A stretch of 61,707 nt of DNA, counting the filler, from Dirinaria sp. TL-2023a (lineage: Eukaryota): the NCBI GenBank assembly GCA_051941275.1. It is 7 parts of 7 records of this genome, joined end to end, with 100 filler letters (N's around TTAATTAATTAA, not from the genome) between each part and the next. Parts side by side here need not be neighbours in the genome. Positions count along the whole stretch, not along the records: positions 1 to 8,755 come from JAVEBF010001142.1; positions 8,856 to 17,599 come from JAVEBF010001143.1; 5 more parts are not named here. The stretch is one strand, 5' to 3'. Positions 1 through 11,349 of this stretch are shown here, one piece after another. The translations under genes were made by a program, and so were the position numbers. Position 1 is the first letter of the stretch, and every line of letters starts with the position of its first letter. Below the pieces are notes generated by a model. It searched no databases and had not been told where the DNA came from. It saw only the letters and a program-made list of their open reading frames with translations.

Positions 1-55
1 GGGAGGGGGAGTAAGAAGAATAGAGCAGAGTGAGTGTAGAAATCCATAGACGTGC

Positions 56-325
56 CTGATCATCAAGCATCGTCTTCGTGATATATCCTTTCCTGGCCTT
101 TGACTCGACTACATGGAAGAACGTGTTGACTTCAATTGTCCGACCAGCTTGGTCGGCCGCGTCCTTGGCCATCATATCCTTTTGGCCCTGGATCAAAAGG
201 TCCGAAGGATCGCCATTCCCACAGCGACTGAAGGAATCTTCATCGCTATTATCCGCCGCTGAGGTGTCCTGTGCGATGGTAGCCTTGAAAGCTAATAGCA
301 CTGCAGCCAGAAAACTACGCCGCAT
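56..325 (-). CDS. Secreted M43 (pappalysin-like, Mep1-type) metalloprotease, exon 1 only; gene runs off the contig edge
   Basis: Manual translation (absent from ORF track): MRRSFLAAVLLAFKATIAQ signal peptide, RCG propeptide Cys motif, IEVNTFFHVVES..GYITKTMLDDQ, typical of fungal M43B N-termini. Followed by probable GC-type donor GCACGT at 55. HExxH motif is not in the window. Confidence 0.7.
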
Positions 326-780
326 GGTAAAGTAGTTGAAATGTGGACAGAAACGCAGGTATGGACATGCAAACAAAAACTACATATGTTATTGAGGAAC
401 AGATCCAGTACAGCAGTGACAACTGGGCAAGATTGCCCAGCCCTCGGGTTCGTGTGGGCCGTTGCGTGGCAAAACGGCTCAACGTTTTACGACTGAGAAC
501 CATGGTTCTACTTCATCATAGAGCCAAAAGGTAAAGCGCAGCCTTTCCGGTGCAGATAGATTGGAGAGGTCGAAAATATGCACATGAAAGCAAGGAGAAT
601 GGCGGCATTAACGCTTTGAGGGTCCTGTTTATGTGTACGTGGATAATGGCAACTTGTAGTCCGTTTGCATGTTATGAAATAGTGGAATGGGGCCGTCGTA
701 CATTTCCATATGTCCCACCTTACCTTCGAACAGAATTAGAGAGAGCATACGAAGAAAGCTTCCCGGCACTTGTGCAGTGT

Positions 781-1110
781 TCAGAGAAGCAGAGACCGGA
801 TGATCGCGGCCACAAAAAGCAACACTGGTTCTGACAGGCTTTGCGATCCCGTCCGCTGCGAGTCTGTAGATGATGGTTTGGTGGCGCCTTGAGTCTTTGC
901 GGCGCTGCTCGATGACAGTGAGGAGCACCGCGACGAAGTAGGCAAGACGAAAGAGGAGGTTCCGCTGTTCTCCAATAGACACTAATCCCAGACTACTACA
1001 TTGAGCTTGAATTCTTCAACCCCACTTTCTGGAATCTTGGGTACAGGGTATTATTGGATGCAGTCAAAGTGGCTTAAGCAAGGCCTAAGGCAAGCATTGC
1101 CTTTGACCAA
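781..1110 (-). pseudogene. Possible relic of a GPI-anchored Ser/Thr-rich protein
   Basis: One frame reads LVKGNACLRPCLSHFDCIQ*YPVPK...VVWD*CLLENSGTSSFVLPTSSRCSSLSSSSAAKTQGATKPSST...EPVLLFVAAIIRSLLL*: Cys segment, S/T stalk, hydrophobic tail, with two in-frame stops. Confidence 0.22.
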
Positions 1111-2041
1111 AATACTTATGCATACTTATGCTCCAGTCCGCGTCTTTGAAATTATTCCAATATAGAACAAGCATTAATTAATGCTGCTTATCTTGATTTT
1201 CGAGCCGAGACCGCTGCCTCGGCTCTGCTAGTAGTTCCAGCCCCTCGACAAAACCTGCATGAAACAGGGTACGGACTCTAACGGAGGTACGTCACGCTAA
1301 GCGCTGGCCGGGGTTGAACCACCTGCGCCTAAAACTGCATCAACGCATTCATGGAAATCTGTTTGGGGCGCTTGAGGCGGGTAAATGCTTACCTGCTAAC
1401 GAGGCCACACAAACCTCTGCCGTTTATCAAGCTTTAATACTATTTTGTTGAATTAAAACACAAGCACAGGTAAGATACGGAAATTGCAGTACCCCTAAAC
1501 ACTCAGAGTGCGGGATACTACGACACTTATCATCGTCCTTCACGGAGAGGGGTACCTGCACATGCCGCGCTTTCGTTTTAGGCCACTCCTCCTTCCTTAA
1601 GGGGTACGTTCCTTGCCGCTACGTTTTGCCACTTGGCATTTCGTACCTCTTCCCCATTGGGTATTATGCTCCGAGCTAAGGTATCAGCATGTAAAGGCAT
1701 ATGTGCCTGTAACATCTGCCTTCTAGCTTTCCCAATCATGTTCCAGATCTTCGGCCCGCTTCTCAGGCCTCGTCTGTCTAAAATTCGCACTTTCCCCTTG
1801 TGGACTCTGCTGCACTAAGAGAAATGGTGATATGAGTAGCTTCATGTAAACCGAAATGATCACGGAGCCAACGGCTCGCCGGGCAGCCAACATGGATTCC
1901 GAGGCCCCAGCGAGGAAAGATCTTAAAAAGGTACTGTTCCCCAACGCCTCTTAAACTGGCACCTTGCTCTTGCTCGTCGATTTCCTGCGAATTCCATTTT
2001 TGACTCTGGCTCCTCCTTGAAGTATCTTCGCACTCGTTACA

Positions 2042-3136
2042 ATGTCTCTCCTTACTACTTTCCTCCATCTCTCGCTGCTCCTATCCACCTTGACCTCCCA
2101 AGTCTTAGCAGCGCCGACACCTAGGTCTCTGAGCAAAAGGGCCACTCTATCAGGGTCGCCTGTGGTTTTTGGCTCAGGTACATATCCTCGAGCCAATAGA
2201 CTCTCTGATGGTAGCCTCCTCGGCGTGTACACCGCCTTTTCTGGCGGTAATAACATAATCACAACCACGAAGAGCACAGACAATGGTGCTTCTTGGCATG
2301 ATCTGGGCAGTGTGGCTTCAGGCGCGTCCAACGCAAACGACATCGACAATCCCTACGTCCTCCAACTCCCCTCAGGACGCGTCCTTTGTGCATTCCGAAA
2401 CCATTCCAAAGATCCTTCTAGTGGGGCATACACCTACTTCAGAATCACCATTTCCTATTCGGATGACAATGGCAAGTCGTGGAAGTACCTTAGCACGCCT
2501 TCGCAAGACTCTGGCTCTGTGAACGGAAATTGGGAGCCTTTCCTGCGACTGGCCCAAGACGGAAGTCTACAGATATACTACTCTCGCGAGAACTCGGCTT
2601 CCGACCAGGACACCATTGAACGTTTCTCCACCGATAGCGGCAAGAGCTGGAGCTCACCTCAAACGATATCTGGCGCAGGCATTACCTCTCGAGACGGTAT
2701 GACCGGTGTCACCACTGTCTCCGGCTCTAACTTGATGGCCGTCTTTGAGACCGAAACGAACGGCATCTTTACTGTCAAGTCTATCACATCGGCTGATGAT
2801 GGCAAGACATGGTCGTCGACGCGAAACCTGATCTACTCCGCGACCGGAAATAGCAACAGTGCTGGTGCACCCCAGATTATCAATGTGGGTGGGACCTTGG
2901 TAGTGAGTTTCATGACCAATGAGGACGCCAACCTGGGCAGCAGCGGAGGTCCATACACCAGTCACACAGAGGCGAAGCTAGTAACTAGCAGCGATGGTGG
3001 TAAGACCTGGGGTAACAAGGTTACTACTTCGCCAGAGCAGAGTGCGTGGCCAGGATTAGTGGTGATTGATAAGTCGAGCTTCTTGGCGCTCGCGGACCAC
3101 GGAGGAGCCAAAGCACAGAGAGTCACGGTTCCTTGA
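2042..3136 (+). CDS. Secreted BNR/Asp-box beta-propeller glycoside hydrolase (GH93 exo-arabinanase-like), 364 aa, intronless
   Basis: Signal peptide plus KR cleavage site; five Asp-boxes (STDNGASW, SDDNGKSW, STDSGKSW, SADDGKTW, SSDGGKTW); GTYPRA, GNWEPF, YYSREN and RDGM motifs as in fungal GH93-like proteins. Confidence 0.85.
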   Translation: MSLLTTFLHLSLLLSTLTSQVLAAPTPRSLSKRATLSGSPVVFGSGTYPRANRLSDGSLLGVYTAFSGGNNIITTTKSTDNGASWHDLGSVASGASNANDIDNPYVLQLPSGRVLCAFRNHSKDPSSGAYTYFRITISYSDDNGKSWKYLSTPSQDSGSVNGNWEPFLRLAQDGSLQIYYSRENSASDQDTIERFSTDSGKSWSSPQTISGAGITSRDGMTGVTTVSGSNLMAVFETETNGIFTVKSITSADDGKTWSSTRNLIYSATGNSNSAGAPQIINVGGTLVVSFMTNEDANLGSSGGPYTSHTEAKLVTSSDGGKTWGNKVTTSPEQSAWPGLVVIDKSSFLALADHGGAKAQRVTVP

Positions 3137-5549
3137 GAGGCTGAGTGTTTGGATTTGCTTTTGGTGCTCACTAACGAAGTTACGGTCAAGAACAATAATA
3201 GCGATAATAATGAAAACCTTGTTTAATTCCACCATGCAGAGAAGCTACAATTTGGAAAACCTTGACAGCTTGCATTATTGAGGCAATTAGTTCTTGGCTT
3301 TTCATTAGGTGGGATGATCCGCGATGCTGAGAAACAAGAATGCAGTCATTATTGGTTCTTAGAGAAAAGCGGCTCCCCACTACTTCCCGTCCCAGCAAAG
3401 CAACCTGTCTTAGTTCTAGACCATAAGGTACCACTGTACTATTCTACCCTTAGCACAATGGTTGACAGCACATCCCACTACTGCAAGATATACTTTTTAC
3501 CCCATCTTCTGAAGTTCTCAACCCAATCGATGAGCAATTAGCTACCTTGAGGTACTTTCTACGATACTAGTTGCCGTTTGCGGGGTACTTGTGCCTGGCC
3601 CTGCATTAAGCCATGGACTAAACCGTCCTTCCTAATAAATACTACTGGACGTGAAGAAGATCATTCGGTAACCGGATCCCCGGATTCGGAACCGTCAACC
3701 GAACCAGAAGGGTGCGAAATTTTTTTTAAAGGGTTCTAATGTACCTCGTTTCTAGCTCTTCACAAATCACGATGCATGCATGAGCCAGAATGTCAGGCAT
3801 ACCTTAGTCTGCATTATCTTTTTGGGACGGCACTAAAGTACTTGAGCAGACTACTGCTATCACTCTGAAATTTTCTGGGCTGGCTAGATCGTGGAAGGTA
3901 GAGTATCCATCGTAATGAGAAGCTTCTAGACGCTTGTACTACGAATGCAGACTCTTATGAGCTGGATTTCTGTGGCTCTCGAGCGTGAGACTAGGTAAAG
4001 CAGTGCATATGTATCGTCTTCATTCACATTCATCGCCTGCTTCTAAGCTATACCTACCAATACTGAGATCTAGCAGATCATCGAAAGTCCCATCTCATCA
4101 AAATCCCTCAAGTCTGCTCCCATCCCACTTTCATGCATGGACATCAATTCCAGGCCGTTACTCTTGCCTCATGTAATGCATTTCCATGCCGCTGCAGCCA
4201 ATACACATATAAACATACATACATGCCTACAGTAGTACGTGTGTATGTGTGCGTACCTTAATTCGCCAGCGTACACGATACGGAGTACCATACACAGGTT
4301 ATTCAAAACTTTACCATCTCGACTTTCACGATAGATATTTGGGAAAAAAGAACCCCCTCCCCGCTTACGCTTGCATTTCATTATCTATCCCCTGTGACAC
4401 TGATTTGCAGTCATTTATGCCGTGTTTCTTGTGATTGAGAAGCAAAGGACGACGCAATGCACCGCGAACTCTCCGCTTTCTCTCCATCGATTGCTCTAGA
4501 TTTTTATGTTTTGTTCTTCTTTCGATCTCTGGCGCAGCGATGGTTTACATTCGTAGCATACATGTCTGGAACTGCGGTCGAGAGCTGGGGTATATGGTGC
4601 TCGTACATGGATGCTACTGGTTATTGACGTGTGAGATGCGAATGGCAGACAGCATGTACGATAGATGCCATTGCGGCTATACTTAAGGTAGGGATTAGGT
4701 CAATAAGACGGCGAGAGCTGTGCCGTGCTGCCTTCTTATCGAGTTGGACAGGGGGAGGATTATAATTTGCTCGAAGGGTAGGTGGTGGTCGGTTTGGCTT
4801 TTATTTGGTTCGCAATAGTAAAATGCCACCTTCGTATTTCTGAGTCTGCCTTGACTTATCCCACGGCGGTACCATGATGGTTTGTCCCAGCTTTCCTCTG
4901 CTGAGAGGAATGTGGGTGGTGCTGTTGACGATGCTGGACTCAATGAAGCTTGCGGATATAGTGCTGTGTCTTCGTGCGCGTGTATCGATTTAACAGTCGC
5001 AGTTTGGAGCTCCATTGTGCTCATATCCTTTCCAAGCCTTGAGAGTGGCCAAGATTGTGAGTTCGAAAGCGATAAGCTTGCGTTGATTGACTGATGTCGA
5101 AGATCTGCTAAGATCGGATGGAAGCCAAAGCGGGTTGTTTCTGCTTGTCGCGTACCTATTATTAGGCCATTATCATATATGTCCTCTCCAAAAAGTCATG
5201 TATTCTCCGCAATTTCACCCGTGACCTTGAACATTAATTTAGACCTTGAAAGACCAAATTTGAATTTCATTGCTACTTCAAGGCGCTACCATGGCTGTAT
5301 ACTGACGCTGATTGCCATTACTATTACAGAGCCGCTACGCATTGGAGCTTCTCGTACCGTGATACGGTAAGCAAATCGTTACTCAAGCTATAAAAATAGC
5401 CATGCTCGTTTCACTTAGGGATTTTCAGTCTGTCTAGTCATAACTGTGCGCAACATGCCTTTTGATCTGAATTTTTACCCTCAAAACTAGTTTCACCTTC
5501 TGACTCATCCGCGTTTGTACCAGAAAGCAGTAGATCTTGGACTGCGAGA

Positions 5550-7282
5550 ATGAATAAACAACATGATGATAGTATTGCTTCTATGATCAAAGCCTTCACT
5601 GAGCTTTCCACAACCCAGCAACAGGGTCAGACGTAAGTGTCGCTATGATAGCTGCGTTGAGTTTTGCCAATGATGTTTCTAGGCTTACAGCTCTATACAA
5701 TATTCTCTCCAAGCAACAGATAAGGGACTTGGAGACCCTACTTAAGAGTACCGATTGGCGATTCGACATTATCGGAAATTTGCCACCAGAATTGGTCCTC
5801 TTAGTGTTCGAGAAACTTGACCACTGCAATGCCTTTTCAAGTCAACGCGTGTCTCGGAGGTGGCTTGATCTATTATCAAATGATCTAACGACAGGAGCTC
5901 TGATTCGATCGTGGCGCTTACTGGGCGATTTTGAGCTCATCATCCCGGAAGGAGCCTTGCAAAGAGATATTTGCTCTTTGGCAGCCGAGCATGAGCAAGC
6001 ATTTCGAACAGGAAACGCGTTTAGTAGATTGTGCCAGAACATAAACCTCGGCGAGGAAGATGTGCTTCCTGTATGGGCTTACTGCGAAGGCTACATTGCT
6101 TGGCTAGCTGGTGCTTTAGGCTCTAACAAAGTTGCCCTTTATCATATTAAGAGCGGACGAAGATCGTTTTTCGTACCGACGGATCGAGAAGGTATCAATA
6201 GCTTCGCGCTATCTTCCGAACTTCTCGTCATCACGACTCTCGGAGGCAAATGCTACATCTGGGCATACCAATCTGATCGGTCTCCCTGCACTGTGCGCCT
6301 GCCTTCGATCTATATATACGCTACGCATGTATCCGCAAACATCGTGGTTTTACTCATACGGCCCACAATATTTGTCGAGACCACGTCAGACTCACAATGG
6401 TTAATGATGGTTGTCCAGTGCGATACAGCGGCTCACAGTTGCGGTCTAGCCAACAAGAAACATGAAACGCCGATAGATGCAAAAACCCATGTATTTATCT
6501 TATCGCTCCCTAGAAACATCATGATGCCCCAGATTCTGCTCGACAAGGCTATGTCTTATATTATCCTCGTGGGCTCCACTGCTGATCCCGTTCCTCGTAT
6601 CTACTTGGCGCAAATTGACTTACGGGGTGAGGTTCAATTCGAGGACAAGCTACCGGTAGGCCCACAAACCGAAGCTTTTACCTTCCATGTGAAAGAAAGT
6701 TGGCTCCATGAGCGCGAGGTTGTATTCAATATCTGGCTTGCATCCTCTTTTGATCCGCGTTTCTTCTCAGAAGGCGAAAAGCACTCCTTGACAGAACCGA
6801 TGGACTACCTTCACGCTCAATATTACCCGGATCGAAGGTCATTTGAGGTGAAAACGAAGAAAAGCTACGCCTACACTTTCTGGCACAAGTATAATTCGCA
6901 CCATCATATCTGGAAAGGCATAATGTATTGCGATCTGCTGAAACAGAAGCATGCGAAAAGAAAGGCCGATATGAGAATTATCGATCTGGAGAAAGGAACA
7001 TGCGTGTATCGTGACATCGGTTCGATTCCTGAAGCAGAAGACAATAGGACTACCGCACTCCTTGGGGACGAGATCTTCCTCGTACGTGGCACATCAAACG
7101 GGTTTGATGTGTGGTGCTTTGACAAGAATGTACGGATGCACGGCGAGGATCCTATTTTTCGGAAGAAACGAGAACGAGCTCTTCAGTATAGGCTCAAGAA
7201 ACAGAATGAAGCGGTAACATGCTGTGATGAAGCATTAGAGCCGCCGGAAATAGCCGCCTCAAGGAACTTCAGTGAGGACTGA
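5550..7282 (+). CDS. F-box protein; join(5550..5632,5683..7282)
   Basis: F-box FDIIGNLPPELVLLVFEKL...QRVSRRW. An upstream exon MNKQHDDSIASMIKAFTELSTTQQQGQ joins in frame through a GTAAGT..TTCTAG 50-nt intron. C-terminal region is beta-rich. Confidence 0.8.
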
Positions 7283-8755
7283 TATTATGGCTTGCACGAT
7301 GGATGATAGCTATCGAAATACAAGTCAGCCAGTTCCGAATCAACTTATTTGTATCCGCAACATGATCTCCTCTACCAGGATACCTACACGCATGATGCGG
7401 ATCATTGACCTAGCCTTAGCCGCTCAAATTTTTACAGAAGAAAAGCATATTGTTAGAGAGCCTCGAATTGTACCTTACTCCTGGCACATCATCTTGGCTA
7501 TTCGTATACCACGAAATATCGCCCGGATGTTGAACAAGATTACATAAGTTTACCATGAAGCAGCCTTGGATTTTATCAAACGGTCAAGTAAATCAAAGTC
7601 CCAGTCTCAGTTGCCTATCCTACTATATATTGTCATGGTCGCAACAAAGATCTTCTTCGCTCATATTCCTGTGATCAATCCAGCTTCAGCAATCTCTCGA
7701 ATTGACAGTGCCATCGTCATTTCGTCAAAAGGTCCCGAACCAGAAGATTGCTAATGTGCATAAGACCAGTATTATTCTTGTCAGAGCATGAAATACGAGC
7801 CGCGCTATCTCATATCAGGTCGATTGAAAATTTTACGATAGTCTGTTGAGCCTCGAGTAAGAAGGAAATAATAGCAAAAAGTAAAGGAGGTCAGATCAAT
7901 GTAGTCAAAGCTGTGTGTGATATTACCTGCAGCTACTTATCATCATCATCGCACACTTCTAAAGAAAGAACCTACCAACATCCAGCGTTCTGGTAGCATG
8001 CATTACACCGCTCTAATTCTTCAACCAAAAACAACCTAGGGCAACAAGATTCTCATGCTAAACCCATCCAGGTGTTTTTCTTTTCTTTTTTTTTCCCTTT
8101 TAATATCTTGGCTTGTAAGGAGAAAAACAATACTTCCACATCCCAAATGCAGTCCCTGGAAGTCAAAAAATAAGGGCTAGAAAGCACCTCCACGCTAATC
8201 TGGTTCAAGGTACATGTATCCATCAAATCGGATCATGATGAGACAAATGAAATGACGGATCCGAAGTCCAAAATCTTTTTTTTTTCTCCTCAGACCGCAA
8301 CTGCTCATTCATAATCAATCACTCTTACCTATACTTCCTCATCTCATTCTCCCCAGATAGGTAATCTAAAAATTTCTGTTAGTAATCACATCCATGCGTC
8401 CCATTTCTCCAACATTGTAGAACCCAAACAGAAAAAGTTTCATGAAAATCACTTCCCTGACTCAAGCCTTCTCTTTCTTTCCTTTTTTTTTTGTTTTGTT
8501 TGACAGACTAACAGTCATTACTACTGTACCTATACCATCTGTGCCCGAATATTCAAATCCGCTCTCTTACTTTTCCGTATTCTTGGGTTATATATTCTCC
8601 AGCACATTGGCAATATATTATGTTACGTAAATTGCACCCCCCCCCCCAAAAAAAAACCTCACTGTGCGAAAAGGTGCCTCCCGACGCTTTATTAAGAAGA
8701 ACAAGCAGAACTCGCTCCATCCCAGTATTTCATTTCCAATTAATTACCTTTGCCC

Positions 8756-8855
8756 NNNNNNNNNNNNNNNNNNNNNNNNNNNNNNNNNNNNNNNNNNNNT
8801 TAATTAATTAANNNNNNNNNNNNNNNNNNNNNNNNNNNNNNNNNNNNNNNNNNNN
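8756..8855. other. Artificial contig spacer N44-TTAATTAATTAA-N44
   Basis: Identical 100-bp spacer with six-frame stops, repeated six times in the window. Confidence 0.98.
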
Positions 8856-9145
8856 GGTTCAAATGGCTGGCTTTTTTGTTATGATAGTACCTTAGTAAAT
8901 TGCATGTATATATATGTAAATGAATACCGACGAAAAAGAAAGAAAAAGAAAAAGACTGAACTGAAGAGCAGTCATTTTTTAAAGCCTTCTGCTCAAACAA
9001 TCTCAACCTGTGGCATACACATTATTGAGAACAATCAATACTTTTTTCCACTGAACGACGCATCTTCCATTTTACTAGCAGAACCCTCTCTTTCCTCTTG
9101 TCCGAAAGGTGATGATTTCTAATTCTTTCCCTCACGCCCACCGCT

Positions 9146-10429
9146 CTAAGAAGGGTAAATCGCCATCCCTTGCCAAGCACCCACAGGACCTTCCTTCGCC
9201 AGCGAGAATTTCTGCACCGGCACACTCTCCTTCCCGCTATTCATTCCCTCGAGATCAATAACCTGGACACTCGAATCCGCCGTGAGGGTATACATCCATG
9301 TCCTACCCACAGCAGTGTCGAAGCCTCCCTTCGCACTCGCATCGTACTTGATAACCCCCTTGATGGCACCGCTGACGGGATCAACAGCAGTGATATTTGG
9401 ATGCGCCGCATCAATGATATATGCAGAATCGAAGCGTGGCGCATAAGCACTCCAGCAGGCCGCTCCTTGATGTGGCACCACGATGTGATGTTTCTCTGTG
9501 ATTTGCAAGCTCGGGTATGCGATTCCGACAATGCTGGCACCAAAACTAGGGTCCGTGATCAGCGCGCTGGTATCGCAGCCCAGGAAACTGATGCTGAAAT
9601 CCATCTTCAGCACGGAGAGCTGGTTAACGACCGGTTTGTCGGAGACGGCGCCGTACTTGTCCACGGGCCAGGCGTAAATGTAGCCGCTTTGGGGCGGGGT
9701 AGCACCTGCGTCGCCTTTGATGCTTACGAAGAGCGCGGACGAGGATGGGTTGAAGACGATGTCGGAGGTTGTGAGGGGCGGGCCCAGCGGTGGTGTTGTT
9801 TGGCGCACTACGGGAAGCGGGCGGAGGCCTCCCACGAGGGAGAGTCCCTTGGCATGGTCGGCGTGGAAGCAGGTCACGCCCGGCTTGGCTCCGCCGTTGA
9901 GCACGCAGGCGGTTTTGAGGTATGGCGAATAGGTTACTGACATCGGGAAGTCGCCGAGCGTGGGGCAGGGTTCACCGACCAGCTTGGGGTGGAGAGGATC
10001 CAAGGGGTTAATGCGGAACATGGAGAGGGTGTTGCTGCCGGCGTTCACTGTGAATAGATACTGGGTTGAATTAGCAAATGCCGTGTGTACGGTATCTCGA
10101 GGGCAGGGATTCGGTCGAGAAACCCTGCTGAATGTAAGACTCACATCCTGAGATACGGTGACAGCGCCCTGCCCAAACAAGCCATCTGGGCCTGCGGACG
10201 CATTTGCACTTTTCTTGCCCAACAACCCTTTACCGCCGGTGGGGGTCAAAGTTGGATTCGAAACAGTGCCATCTTCCACGGATATGGATAGTGCAAGGAG
10301 ATTCGCTCCTGAAGCATCGTTGCTGAGTGTATAGGCAGCGCGCTTCCGAGTGTCTCCTCGAGGCTGGATTGAGAGAGCGGATGCTAATGTCAGGGTAGTC
10401 GTGAAGAGGGAAGCAAGGGTGAGATGCAT
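9146..10429 (-). CDS. Secreted lactonase / 3-carboxymuconate cyclase-like 7-bladed beta-propeller (Gp60/70-like); complement(join(9146..10060,10145..10429))
   Basis: Signal peptide MHLTLASLFTTTLTLASA; motifs TPTGGKG, DGLFGQGAV, YLFTVNAGSNTLSMF, GDFPMSV, ACVLNGGAKPGVTCF, QGAACW. 84-nt intron GTGAGT..GCTAAT..CCCAG. Confidence 0.8.
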   Translation of the reverse strand: MHLTLASLFTTTLTLASALSIQPRGDTRKRAAYTLSNDASGANLLALSISVEDGTVSNPTLTPTGGKGLLGKKSANASAGPDGLFGQGAVTVSQDVSLTFSRVSRPNPCPRDTVHTAFANSTQYLFTVNAGSNTLSMFRINPLDPLHPKLVGEPCPTLGDFPMSVTYSPYLKTACVLNGGAKPGVTCFHADHAKGLSLVGGLRPLPVVRQTTPPLGPPLTTSDIVFNPSSSALFVSIKGDAGATPPQSGYIYAWPVDKYGAVSDKPVVNQLSVLKMDFSISFLGCDTSALITDPSFGASIVGIAYPSLQITEKHHIVVPHQGAACWSAYAPRFDSAYIIDAAHPNITAVDPVSGAIKGVIKYDASAKGGFDTAVGRTWMYTLTADSSVQVIDLEGMNSGKESVPVQKFSLAKEGPVGAWQGMAIYPS

Positions 10430-10734
10430 GCTGGATGAGAAAAGTACAAATGTGCTATGAGATCTGAAAAACTTCGAACAGACAATTGGATGAGAGACTT
10501 CGAAGGGTAGCTGGTGAGAATGAAATGCATCTTGACAGGAGCGGCCATGATGCTTATATATCTTTTAAAGGGGAAATCTTGAAATGACCAAAGGACCGCA
10601 AGTCTCTACACTAGAACTGGAATAATTAGAACTCAAGGCTGTATTGACTTCGGCAGAACCATCATGGCACGTCCGTGTTGAACTACATGGACTGATTCCA
10701 TAATCGACTTTGCCTAGAAGAGCAAGCTGAGGTA

Positions 10735-10764
10735 CCTTACATAGAGGTGCCTTACATAGAGGTG
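10735..10764 (+). repeat. Short tandem duplication (CCTTACATAGAGGTG x2)
   Basis: Seen directly upstream of the lactonase-like gene, adjoining an AGGTACCT palindrome. Confidence 0.7.
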
Positions 10765-11349
10765 CCTACTTTGGGCAGTCGGCACGGTCCTTGCTGCCTT
10801 ATCCTCTAGCTACTTGTAATTAGGGGAGGGAATTTAGCGGCCAAGGTGGGTATGACAATAATTTGCTAATCCGAGTAGCAGTGAGAGTCATCTTTCGTGG
10901 GGCTGCTCGGGTAGGTAAGGTTTAAGTCGAGGCAATTCCGCGAGCCAGGGATTACTAGCGGTTAGACTGAGATCGGCATCGACTCCTGATTGGTTTCAGG
11001 GGCTCGCTCGGCGCCATGATTAAGGAATCACTGAACCTTGAACTACTTTATCTTACTAACGCATCTCACGTGACCTTGAAAGCTCCTCCTGAGACTGAGA
11101 CTAGGTGTAATTCATGTCCAGAAAACATAGCCCGGCAGCCCGGGAGATCGCAGCGAGCTGCCCGGGATGCGGCTGATAGGCCCGACGGGAACGAGTTGGG
11201 AATATGACCAATATTGCCCGCCACAAATCCTTGCTAAGCCCTGAGAAAGGCATCTACCAACGTAGTCAATCGGTTGTATCCGAGCACATATGCGTCATCA
11301 TGCTATTATTGAAGAGGCGTCATTGATACCGCCAAATTTTCCCAGTTCA

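Noticed and set aside
1295..1385. tRNA-like GGTTCAAC on the minus strand
   Set aside because: T-stem mismatched and no acceptor or anticodon arms could be built.
4695..5024. 109-aa minus-strand ORF MSTMELQTATVK...
   Set aside because: No recognisable domain or convincing splice continuation; could be a small orphan but is unsupported.
9170..9940. 256-aa + strand ORF
   Set aside because: Antisense shadow of the GC-rich lactonase-like gene.
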